A stretch of DNA of 15,165 nucleotides from Candidatus Eiseniibacteriota bacterium (GCA_963744995.1 CAVUWA010000006.1:1-15165); one strand, 5' to 3'; shown: positions 1 through 7,481, counted from the stretch's first letter. Translations and numbers: made by a program. The notes: generated by a model from the letters alone, not told the origin.

Positions 1-288
1 GACAGCCTGATCTACGCGCGCGGGATGGCGCTCGGCGAGGGCGGCGTGATGGGGCCGGACTCCACCAGCCAGGGCTGGGCGGTGTCGCGGGTGGTGGCGG
101 TGCTCCCGGGCCGGCCGCGGCCGTTTGCGGAGGTCACCGAGCTGGTGCGCCACGCGGTCTACGGGCAAGAGGGTGAGCGGTTGATGCAGGAGCTGCTGGA
201 GCGCGTGCGCGCTCAGGTGGGCTCCGTCGTCAACGACCGGGCCCTCGACGCGCTGGTGTCCGCCGGGGATGTCGAGCCGTCGCATTGA
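1..288 (+). CDS. 5'-truncated SurA/PrsA-like foldase (peptidyl-prolyl isomerase family), C-terminal part
   Basis: The frame is open from base 1 (DSLIYARGMALGEGGVMGPDSTSQGWAVSRVVAVLPGRPRPFAEVTELVRHAV...LLERVRAQVGSVVNDRAL). It matches the end of a parvulin domain plus the 'xxPFxEVxxxV' tail and aligns by eye with the C-terminus of 2170..3909 (LLPGESTIIGPHGDGSYAVLKVLARYPSKRLPFDQVRSEVTKAV). Confidence 0.7.
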   Translation, partial: DSLIYARGMALGEGGVMGPDSTSQGWAVSRVVAVLPGRPRPFAEVTELVRHAVYGQEGERLMQELLERVRAQVGSVVNDRALDALVSAGDVEPSH

Positions 289-315
289 ATCAGCGCCGGC
301 GCCGGCCCCGCCGGC

Positions 316-1062
316 TCACCGGTAGAAGGTCTTGATCCTTCCCCAGGTGACGTTGCGGACGGGCACCGCCTCGCAGCTCGCGCCGGAGCCGGCGCCCCAC
401 GTGACCCGGTTGCCGTCGCCGGCGGCCGGAACCTCGAAGAAGACGTCGCCCGTGCCCCCCGGGAGCCGCCGGACGAGGATCGAATTGAGCACGAGGCACA
501 CGCTTCCGCTGCAGCCGGCGCAGGAGCCGGCACCGACCGTCTTGCGATCGTCGAGGACCAGGGCGACGGCGGCATAGGCCGTCGCCGCGTCGAGCGTGCG
601 GGCGCTCGCCGACGGCACGGCCACGACCACCTTGATGCGCGCCTCGTTCGGACTGCCGCGCGGCATGCCGACCAGGTAGTCCTGCACGAGGGCGAAGCCC
701 TGCCCACCCCACATGTCGACGCAGCCGTCCAGGCCGGTGAGATCGGCGGATGCGTTGAGCGCGCCCTCCCTGCACCCGCCCGACTCGAGGTGCCACCACG
801 CGGGCAGCGTCGCGTCCTCGTGAATCAGATCGATCACCGCCTCGATGCCGATCACGCTGTCGATCGGCCCGCCCGCGGTGAACCCGGCGACCAGCTGCCG
901 TTCACCCGCATTGGTGAGGCAGGAGAAGGTCGTCTGGTTCGCCGCGGCGGCCCCGGTCCAGCAGTCGAACCACGTGAGATGGAGCGCTTCGGCGGCCCGG
1001 GCACTCGCGGGGAACCGGGCGCAGGCCAGGGCCGCGGCCAGGGCAAAGGCGCCTGCCAGCAT
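316..1062 (-). CDS. Secreted Cys/Trp-motif family protein (paralog A) with C-terminal TWGRIKTFYR
   Basis: Signal-peptide-like N-terminus (MLAGAFALAAALACARFPASARA), family motifs HLTWFDC, LPAWWHL..GCR and CAGC..VCLVLNSIL, and the terminal TWG..K..YR. Start uncertain: ATG at 1062 or upstream GTGs up to 1197. Confidence 0.8.
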   Translation of the reverse strand: MLAGAFALAAALACARFPASARAAEALHLTWFDCWTGAAAANQTTFSCLTNAGERQLVAGFTAGGPIDSVIGIEAVIDLIHEDATLPAWWHLESGGCREGALNASADLTGLDGCVDMWGGQGFALVQDYLVGMPRGSPNEARIKVVVAVPSASARTLDAATAYAAVALVLDDRKTVGAGSCAGCSGSVCLVLNSILVRRLPGGTGDVFFEVPAAGDGNRVTWGAGSGASCEAVPVRNVTWGRIKTFYR

Positions 1063-1201
1063 CAGGCGGTCGAGCGGCGGACGGCATCGCCCGGCCACGC
1101 CCGCGCCGGCGCATGGCAGATGGGCCGTACGGCGGCGGCAGAGCACGGGGGGGGCAACGCGGTTCTGAACGCCGCGTGTCCGGCTGCCCGCCTTCACACG
1201 C

Positions 1202-1990
1202 CTACCGGGGAGCCGTTCCGGCGGAGCCGCTCGGGCCGCATGACGCCCCCTGCCAGCCGAGGCACGCCTGGTCGCCGGGCTGGAGCACGGTCTCCTTCCC
1301 GTCGGTCTCGAGCAGCGTCGCCTTCTGCACGAGAATCGTGATGGGCTCCCGGCAGCCCTCGCAGACGTAATCGCCGATCGTCCTGCGATGGTCGATCACG
1401 AACGCGCATGCGACGTAGCGCCGGCCGGCTTCGAGCGCGGCGGGCTGCGATATCCGCCGCGCCATGGAGGCGCTGATCCACGCCACGCGCGGGTCGCCGT
1501 CGATGTCGCGGCGATAGCCGGTGATCAGTCCGATGCCGTTCCTGCCCTGGTCCCATGGATCCGGCATGCGCGCCGCCGAATCGGCCTCCGCAAAGGGTTC
1601 GAGGTCGAGCCTGAGCGAAAGGGTGCGGCACGCCTCGGAATTGTGGAATTCCCACCACGCGGGCAGGCTGTCGCCTGCGGCGCGCAGTTCCAGCACGACG
1701 TCGATCGCGACGAAGCGCGTGATGCTGTCGGGGGCGATGAACGAGAGGAAGATCCGGTCCGAGCCGCCGACGGTGTCGCAGGGAAAGGCCTGCTCGGCGG
1801 AGCCGCCGGCGTCGCGCACGCCGTTCCACCCGAGCTGCACCGGCTCGGCGGCCGCGGCCGCAGCGGGCCCGGCACCGATCGCGAGCGCCCCCGCCCCCAG
1901 GATCGCGGCCACCACGAACAGCGTTGGACCGGTGAGGCGGCCGAACGACAGGCCGCGGTCCGGGGCAAGACTGCTCAAAGGGACGCTCAT
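1202..1990 (-). CDS. Secreted Cys/Trp-motif family protein (paralog B), lacking the TWG tail
   Basis: Hydrophobic signal segment (LFVVAAILGAGALAIGAGPAAA), then QLGWN, FVAID, LPAWWEF..EACR, LITGY, CEGCREPI and CLGW. ATG 1990 chosen because a TATGCT -10-like box lies 10 nt upstream. Confidence 0.8.
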   Translation of the reverse strand: MSVPLSSLAPDRGLSFGRLTGPTLFVVAAILGAGALAIGAGPAAAAAAEPVQLGWNGVRDAGGSAEQAFPCDTVGGSDRIFLSFIAPDSITRFVAIDVVLELRAAGDSLPAWWEFHNSEACRTLSLRLDLEPFAEADSAARMPDPWDQGRNGIGLITGYRRDIDGDPRVAWISASMARRISQPAALEAGRRYVACAFVIDHRRTIGDYVCEGCREPITILVQKATLLETDGKETVLQPGDQACLGWQGASCGPSGSAGTAPR

Positions 1991-2000
1991 GTCGCCAGGA

Positions 2001-2030
2001 AGCATAGTCGAGCGGCGTGCGACGGAACAA
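2001..2030 (-). promoter_or_regulatory. Putative sigma70-type promoter for paralog B (TTGTTC-N18-TATGCT)
   Basis: -35-like TTGTTC at 2030-2025 and -10-like TATGCT at 2006-2001, in a divergent intergenic region. Confidence 0.4.
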
Positions 2031-2080
2031 CCTGCGGCTGCCGCGCATGCAAGTCCCTTGTCAATTGACGGGGGGCCCGC

Positions 2081-2110
2081 TTGACCCGCATTTTCGGGGC
2101 ACTCTATCCT
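2081..2110 (+). promoter_or_regulatory. Putative sigma70-type promoter for the foldase gene (TTGACC-N18-TATCCT)
   Basis: TTGACC at 2081-2086 and TATCCT at 2105-2110 in an AT-richer patch about 60 nt before ATG 2170. Confidence 0.55.
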
Positions 2111-2169
2111 TTTCGTGCTCATGTTCCGGTGATCCCGACCTGCATTCCCCCCACCCCGATTGCGAAGCC

Positions 2170-3909
2170 ATGATTCCCTTCAAGCGCCTGTCGACCCCGT
2201 TTGCGCTGCTCCTCGCGTCCGCGTCCCTGCTCGCCACCGTCATGCCGGGCAGGGCCGGGGCGAAGCCCGCTCAGGCCGTCACCGATACGACCGTCCTTGC
2301 CATGGTGAACGACCGCCCGATCACCGTGCGGATGTTCCGCTCGCTCTACTTCGCCGCGCCCCTGTCCGACCGGCCCCAGCCCGACAGCCTCGGGCGCCTC
2401 GAGTACCTGAATTCGCTGGTGACGCGGGAGGTGCTGGCGATCACCGCGCTGGGCATCGACCGCCCGCTCGACTTCCCCGATCGGAACGAGCTGCGGCAGG
2501 CGCGCGATATCACGCTGGCGAATGCGCTCTATCAGCACATGGTCGAGGACTCGGTGCGCGTGACGGAGGCGGACCTGCGCGCCGCGTTCGCCCAGTTCGG
2601 CCACGACCTGCGCCTGCGGCAACTGCGCTTCTCGGACCGCGCGACCGCGGAGGCCGTCCGCCGCGAGCTGATCGCCGGCACGACCACCTGGGAGGACGCG
2701 GCGAAGACCCGTGCCGTCGAGGCCACGGATCCGGCCTGGGTCCGGCGCAAGGACGTGTCGCAGTACCTCGCCCTGAACGTCTTCGACCTGCGGCCCGGCC
2801 AGCTCTCCAGGGTGATGGTCGACGGCGCCGGCGCGCACCTGTATCAGGCCCTCGATCGCCGGGACGTCGACCCGCCCGCGTACGCGGGACTGCGGCGCTT
2901 CCTGTGGATCGAGCTGCGCAGCGCGAAGGCGGTGCCGTACGTGGAGGAGCTGGACGACCGGGTGCGCCGGGAGATGGGCGCCGTCTACGACACGACCAAC
3001 ATCCGCTGGGTCGCGAGCCAGATGGGCGACACGCGCGGCATCAAGCCCGGCCCGAACGGAGCCACGATGGAGGTGGCGCCGAAGCTGCCCGACTTCAGCG
3101 ACGAAGACCTCGACCGCGTGCTGGTCCGATGGAACGACGGTCAGCTCACGCTGCGCGACCTGCTGCCGAAATACACGGCGAAGTCGCCGCTGGTGCGCGG
3201 CAGTCTGGACACCTTCGAAGCGCTGCGCGCCGAGATCGACGGGGCGATCTTCGGCCCGACCATGGCGCGCCTGTCTGAGCACTTGGGCTTCGACAAGGAC
3301 TCGGTCGCCCAGCGCCTCATGCAGCGCAAGCTCGAGGGGATCCAGGTCGGTCATCTCTACTCCGACTCGGTGGAGTCGAAGATCCGCCCGACCGACCAGG
3401 AGATCCGGGCTTTCTACGATGACCATCCCGAGTATTTCAACAGCATTCCGCGTGTCCGCTATGCGGTCATCCCGCGGCCCAACCGCGAGGAGGGCATGGC
3501 GGTGCTCCGTCGCCTGCGCGCGGGCGACGATCCCGCCGCCATCCTGCTGGCGGATTCGCTGGCGGGCCGGCCGGTGGGCACGATCCAGATGCGGGCCTCG
3601 AACGAGCACGGGCCGTATCAGGAGACGCTGTTCAACGACCTGCTGCCGGGCGAATCCACGATCATCGGCCCGCACGGGGACGGCTCCTACGCCGTGCTCA
3701 AGGTGCTGGCGCGCTATCCTTCGAAGCGCCTGCCCTTCGACCAGGTCCGCAGCGAGGTCACGAAGGCCGTGCAGAACCTGCAGAGTGACGCGCTGCTCAA
3801 GCAGCTGGTGGCGCGGCATGCGCGCGGAATGAAGATCGTCAAGCGACCGGAACTGCTCATGTCGATCGACATGACCGACCCGGCCGACGAGATCGCGCTG
3901 GACGACTGA
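2170..3909 (+). CDS. SurA/PrsA-like periplasmic foldase with two parvulin-like domains (579 aa)
   Basis: Signal peptide (MIPFKRLSTPFALLLASASLLA...AGA); SurA-N-like 'VLAMVNDRPIT' and 'LNSLVTREVL'; 'VTEADLRAAF' and 'PTDQEIRAFYDDHPEYF' each precede a rotamase-like segment (AEAVRRELIAG..WEDAAK..VFDLRPGQLS; AVLRRLRAGDD..LFNDLLPGESTIIGP..YAVLKV); ends with PFDQVR. Strong GC3 coding bias in this frame. Confidence 0.82.
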   Translation: MIPFKRLSTPFALLLASASLLATVMPGRAGAKPAQAVTDTTVLAMVNDRPITVRMFRSLYFAAPLSDRPQPDSLGRLEYLNSLVTREVLAITALGIDRPLDFPDRNELRQARDITLANALYQHMVEDSVRVTEADLRAAFAQFGHDLRLRQLRFSDRATAEAVRRELIAGTTTWEDAAKTRAVEATDPAWVRRKDVSQYLALNVFDLRPGQLSRVMVDGAGAHLYQALDRRDVDPPAYAGLRRFLWIELRSAKAVPYVEELDDRVRREMGAVYDTTNIRWVASQMGDTRGIKPGPNGATMEVAPKLPDFSDEDLDRVLVRWNDGQLTLRDLLPKYTAKSPLVRGSLDTFEALRAEIDGAIFGPTMARLSEHLGFDKDSVAQRLMQRKLEGIQVGHLYSDSVESKIRPTDQEIRAFYDDHPEYFNSIPRVRYAVIPRPNREEGMAVLRRLRAGDDPAAILLADSLAGRPVGTIQMRASNEHGPYQETLFNDLLPGESTIIGPHGDGSYAVLKVLARYPSKRLPFDQVRSEVTKAVQNLQSDALLKQLVARHARGMKIVKRPELLMSIDMTDPADEIALDD

Positions 3910-3917
3910 AGCGGGGC

Positions 3918-3946
3918 GGTCCGGGCCGGGGTCAGTCGCCCGGACC
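3918..3946. terminator. Possible hairpin at the junction of convergent genes
   Basis: GGTCCGGGC (3918-3926) and GCCCGGACC (3938-3946) form a perfect 9-bp inverted repeat. There is no U-tract and the context is GC-rich, so it could be chance. Confidence 0.25.
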
Positions 3947-4684
3947 CGCGGGCGACATCCCGGCCCGCGGGTTCCAGAACGCTGAATTCGACGCTTCCGA
4001 GCCGAGATCGAGCGTCGTCCCGTCCAGCAGCTCGAACCGCACGCGCTCGACCCAGGCGCGCACGGGCTGGGCGCAGCCGGAGAGCTGGTTTCGCTTCTCG
4101 AAGATCCGGATGCGGGCCAGGCAGTTCTGGGCCTCCGGCGTCATCGGGATACTGTGCTCCGACGGGATCGCGTACTCGAGCTGGAGCTCTGAGCGGGCTC
4201 CCGCGAGGTCGTAGCGCACGGCCCCCGAGCCCACGACCCGCCACGGCTGCGGACATGGAACCGCCGAACCCAGATCGAAGTCGATGAACATGCTGCGCTC
4301 GTTCACCCGCCCGCTCTTGAACTCCCAGAAAGGGCCGAGGGAGTCGGGGGCTTCGGCCGCAAAACGCAGGGTGGCGCTCATGGCGATCACGTTCGGCAGA
4401 TCCCGCGCGGTGAAGGCCGAGACGTAGAGCGTGTCGACGCGTTCGTGATCGTCGCACGGCGTGCGCAGCGTGTCTGCCGCACCCGGCGTCCCGTAAGGCG
4501 CGTGCCACGCCAGGTGCACGCGATCCGGGGCAGGGGCCGGCGTCGCGAGCGACGAGGCGACCGGCGCGGCGCACGACCCGCTGCAGAGCCAGGCGGCCAC
4601 CAGCAGCCCGCCCGCCCGCAGGGCGTTCCTGAGGCGTCCCGACGCGGGGAGACCACGGGACCGTGAGCCGGCAGTGCGCACCAT
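3932..4684 (-). CDS. Secreted Cys/Trp-motif family protein (divergent paralog C), lacking the TWG tail
   Basis: Basic N-region plus hydrophobic stretch (GGLLVAAWLCSGSCAAP), then VHLAWH, C...DTLYVSAF, VIAMSATL, DSLGPFWEFK, CPQPW, SGCAQPV and AFWN in the same order as the other paralogs. The ORF-track start at 4765 lies inside a terminator; ATG 4684 sits 7 nt after TATGAT. Confidence 0.72.
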   Translation of the reverse strand: MVRTAGSRSRGLPASGRLRNALRAGGLLVAAWLCSGSCAAPVASSLATPAPAPDRVHLAWHAPYGTPGAADTLRTPCDDHERVDTLYVSAFTARDLPNVIAMSATLRFAAEAPDSLGPFWEFKSGRVNERSMFIDFDLGSAVPCPQPWRVVGSGAVRYDLAGARSELQLEYAIPSEHSIPMTPEAQNCLARIRIFEKRNQLSGCAQPVRAWVERVRFELLDGTTLDLGSEASNSAFWNPRAGMSPAGPGD

Positions 4685-4691
4685 GGCGGGG

Positions 4692-4697
4692 ATCATA
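4692..4697 (-). promoter_or_regulatory. Putative -10 box of a leaderless transcript for paralog C
   Basis: Minus strand reads TATGAT-CCCCGCC-ATG with no Shine-Dalgarno sequence; it lies just downstream of a terminator. Confidence 0.45.
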
Positions 4698-4742
4698 CGA
4701 TCGGGCCCGATCGCCGACGAGAAAAAACGTTCCGCCCGGGGG

Positions 4743-4776
4743 AAAGAAGACGGGCGGCCGCGCACGGCCGCCCGTC
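4743..4776 (-). terminator. Intrinsic terminator after paralog D
   Basis: Minus strand GACGGGCGGCCG-TGCG-CGGCCGCCCGTC (perfect 12-bp stem) followed by TTCTTT, about 40 nt after the stop at 4814. Confidence 0.8.
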
Positions 4777-4813
4777 GCTCATCGGGGGTCGCCCCCCTGC
4801 ATCGGTCACTGCG

Positions 4814-5551
4814 TCAGCGGTAGAGCGACTTGACGCTCCCCCACGTGCGCGGCGCCACCGGCACCGTCGCGCACGTCGCATTCGTCGCGCTCTGCCAGGT
4901 CGCGCACGGCTGCGAGCCGGCGTCATCGGACGACACCGTCACCGCGGGGCCCGTGACCGGGCGCAGGATGAGGCTGTTCAGAACGATGGCCACCGGCGTC
5001 GCGCATCCGGCGCACACCGAAGTGTTGGCGTTGGTAATCTGCCAGATGAAGGCGAAGTAGTTCGTGCTCGCCTGCAGGGTGGTCGGATTGGAGGCATTGC
5101 GCGACATCGCGAAGACGGCGCGGGCACGGTTGCCGTCGCCGCCGTACCCGATCAGATAGCCGGTGAACAGGGCCGTGGCCGAGGCCCCGCCGTCCCAGAG
5201 ATCGGCGCAGCTCGTGCCGAAGTTCGGGAGCGCGTTGATGTCGATGTTGATGCTGGCCGCCGTCTGACGGCAGGCTCCGGCCATCTTGAAATCCCACCAG
5301 GCCGGAATCGCCGACGCCTCGGAGGTGAGATCGAGCGTGGCGTCGATCGCGATGAAGTTGTTGACCGTGGACGGCGACAAGAAGCTGGACACGAGCCGGT
5401 TGACGCCGCCGTCAGTGGCGCATGCCGAGGTCCGATCCATCACGCCGCCGTCGGCGAGGCAATCGTTCCAGGCGAGGAACACGTCCGCTGCCGCGACGCT
5501 CGGCAGCAGGGTCGACAAACAGACAAGCAGGAGTAGCGCTACGCGTTTCAT
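4814..5551 (-). CDS. Secreted Cys/Trp-motif family protein (paralog D) with C-terminal TWGSVKSLYR
   Basis: GGAGG RBS at 5562-5558, classic Sec signal peptide (MKRVALLLLVCLSTLLPSVAAA), motifs LAWNDC, FIAID, PAWWDFK..GACR, WDGG, LFTGY, CAGCATPV and CATW. Confidence 0.9.
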   Translation of the reverse strand: MKRVALLLLVCLSTLLPSVAAADVFLAWNDCLADGGVMDRTSACATDGGVNRLVSSFLSPSTVNNFIAIDATLDLTSEASAIPAWWDFKMAGACRQTAASINIDINALPNFGTSCADLWDGGASATALFTGYLIGYGGDGNRARAVFAMSRNASNPTTLQASTNYFAFIWQITNANTSVCAGCATPVAIVLNSLILRPVTGPAVTVSSDDAGSQPCATWQSATNATCATVPVAPRTWGSVKSLYR

Positions 5552-5659
5552 CAGGATCCTCCGTGATCAGGTGACTGCAACGAGCGTTCGCCACGGAAAC
5601 GAAGCGAACCCCGGCCCATGCCGCAACAGTCCCTGGCGGCATTCAGGACGGCCGACGGG

Positions 5660-5693
5660 ATTCTCGCGCATCCGGCGGAACCAGTTCAACTGG
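5660..5693 (-). promoter_or_regulatory. Putative promoter (TTGAAC-N18-GAGAAT) overlapped by the inverted repeat CCAGTT-C-AACTGG
   Basis: -35-like at 5689-5684, -10-like at 5665-5660, and a 6-1-6 palindrome at 5681-5693, all between a terminator and the paralog D start. Confidence 0.35.
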
Positions 5694-5793
5694 AAAGTCC
5701 CGCCGCAGGGCGCGCCGCCCGGAGCCGCACCCGCGTCGCGCGGCGCCGGGCCCGGCCCTCCAAGGTCATCGCACGAGAGCAGATAGCCCCCCC

Positions 5794-5831
5794 AAACAGA
5801 CGAGGGCGGCCGTCCTTGCGGACGACCGCCC
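5794..5831 (-). terminator. Intrinsic terminator after paralog E
   Basis: Minus strand GGGCGGTCGTCC-GCAA-GGACGGCCGCCC (12-bp stem with one G-U pair, GNRA tetraloop) followed by TCGTCTGTTT. Confidence 0.75.
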
Positions 5832-5875
5832 CACGCCGTTGCTGCTTCGGCTGCCGTTGAAACCGGCCGCGCGAA

Positions 5876-6604
5876 TTACCGATACATGGCCTTGACCTTG
5901 CCCCACGTGGTGGCCTGGGTCGGGGTCGCGTTGCACGAACCACCGTTCCAGCTCACGCAGGACTCACCGTCGTTCGGCTGAGCGGTGAGCTGAATCGCAG
6001 CCGCGCCGCTCGCGCCATGGAGCGTCATGACCGGCGAGAAGATCGCCACCGGCTCCGAACAGCCAGCACAGACGTCCGTGTTGGCATTCGTGATCTGGAA
6101 GATCCAACCGAAGTAGTTGGTTCCGGCGCTGATCGAGGTCGGATTCGAGGCATTACGCGACATTGCGAACACGGCGCGGTTCTTGTCCGGCGCGCCATAC
6201 TGCTCGGCGTAGCCGGTGAACAGGCCGGTCACGGAAGCACCGCCGTCCCAGGTGTCCTGGCACTGGCCGCCACCTGCGCTGGAGGTGTTGAAGATGCTCA
6301 TGTTGATGCTGGCCGCCGTCATACGGCAGCTGCCTGCATTCTTGAACGACCACCAGGCAACCGGCGTGCCGTTGTCGAACTGAATGTCGAGCGTGCCGTC
6401 AATCGCGATGAAGTCAGGAATCGAGCCCGTGGGCGTATAGCTAATGACCATGCGATTGATGCCGCCGTTGCCGGTGCAGGCGTTCACCTTGCTGGCCGCA
6501 CCACCGTCGATCAGGCAGTCGTTCCAGGCAACCTGGATCTGCGCTGCAGCGGTCGAAGCCGTGAGTGCAAGCAACCCGGTGCAGATAAGGAGAATCTTCT
6601 TCAT
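5876..6604 (-). CDS. Secreted Cys/Trp-motif family protein (paralog E) with C-terminal TWGKVKAMYR
   Basis: GGAGG RBS at 6614-6610 before ATG 6604, classic signal peptide (MKKILLICTGLLALTASTAAA), colinear and closely similar to paralog D. Confidence 0.9.
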   Translation of the reverse strand: MKKILLICTGLLALTASTAAAQIQVAWNDCLIDGGAASKVNACTGNGGINRMVISYTPTGSIPDFIAIDGTLDIQFDNGTPVAWWSFKNAGSCRMTAASINMSIFNTSSAGGGQCQDTWDGGASVTGLFTGYAEQYGAPDKNRAVFAMSRNASNPTSISAGTNYFGWIFQITNANTDVCAGCSEPVAIFSPVMTLHGASGAAAIQLTAQPNDGESCVSWNGGSCNATPTQATTWGKVKAMYR

Positions 6605-6785
6605 TGTTGCCTCCACGAATCATGAACCCACACGAAGCGGGGGACAGGGGGAAACTTCGAACCGAGCTTCTCTTGCGCTGAGAGCCACATTATGCGCGAG
6701 TCACCACCACCTTCCTGACTGCGAGTTGAGAGGAAAGGGCTAACCGGACACTGTTGCGACCCGCGTTCGAGCCCACGTCTGGTGA

Positions 6786-7481
6786 TTAAGGGCAGTACGT
6801 CCCGGACGGGCAGCCCAGCGCCGAGCCGACTCCCAGCGCCGAGGCGCCCAGGTAATCGCTGAACGTGCCGAGATCGACGCCGTTGTTCGCTTCGTCGTAG
6901 TTGTAGTCGGAGCGCGCACGATACGTCCCGAACAGCGAGGCCGAACCGACGTCATCGCCGAAGGCCCCGAGGTCCGCCGCGTTGTGGCCGTTGCCACCGA
7001 TGGTGCCGTTCTGATCGAGCACGGCGGCGACGTGGATCGAGCCGAGATTGACGCCGTCAGCGGTGATCGACACCGCGAACGTGCCGGAACCCGGAGCCGC
7101 GACGCCACCCGAGGCGCCGGTGTTGTTTCCGCCACCGACGACATACATCGTCACCTGGCCCGCCAGATCCGTCACGCCACGCACGGTCTGAGACACACAG
7201 TCCACGATCTGCCCCGCCACGACGTCCGTGCAGAGGGCGATATCGCTCGCACCCGACACGTCCACCACGACGCTCGAGTTCGCGATCGGGTTGCCGCCGA
7301 GGTCGTTCACGGTCACCGTGAACGCACCGGCCGGATCAGGGCCGGAGCCGTTCTCGCCGACGACGAGGATGTTGGTGGGAATCGTCGACTGCGCGGCGTC
7401 GGGAACCGAGGCCATCGCAGCGCCTGCCAGAAGAAGGCCGCACGCGCTGAAGAGCGTGGCCTTGCGAACCAAACCAGTCAT
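6786..7481 (-). CDS. Secreted protein with a Big_1-like Ig domain and a dockerin-like duplicated Ca-binding loop
   Basis: GGAGGT RBS, signal peptide ending AMA-S; VTVNDLGGNPIANSSVVV...TDLAGQVT resembles the bacterial Ig-like group 1 consensus; C-terminal repeats DQNG.....GHNAADLGAF and DYNYDEANNGVDLGTF. The CDS is secure; the domain calls are by eye. Confidence 0.8.
   Translation of the reverse strand: MTGLVRKATLFSACGLLLAGAAMASVPDAAQSTIPTNILVVGENGSGPDPAGAFTVTVNDLGGNPIANSSVVVDVSGASDIALCTDVVAGQIVDCVSQTVRGVTDLAGQVTMYVVGGGNNTGASGGVAAPGSGTFAVSITADGVNLGSIHVAAVLDQNGTIGGNGHNAADLGAFGDDVGSASLFGTYRARSDYNYDEANNGVDLGTFSDYLGASALGVGSALGCPSGTYCP

Noticed and set aside
2119..3819. 566-aa antisense ORF opposite the foldase gene
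   Set aside because: Shadow ORF caused by high-GC codon bias; no motifs, and fully overlaps a well-supported gene.
4697..4765. ORF-track N-terminal extension of paralog C from GTG 4765
   Set aside because: The start lies inside the terminator hairpin of the upstream gene and runs through the candidate promoter region.
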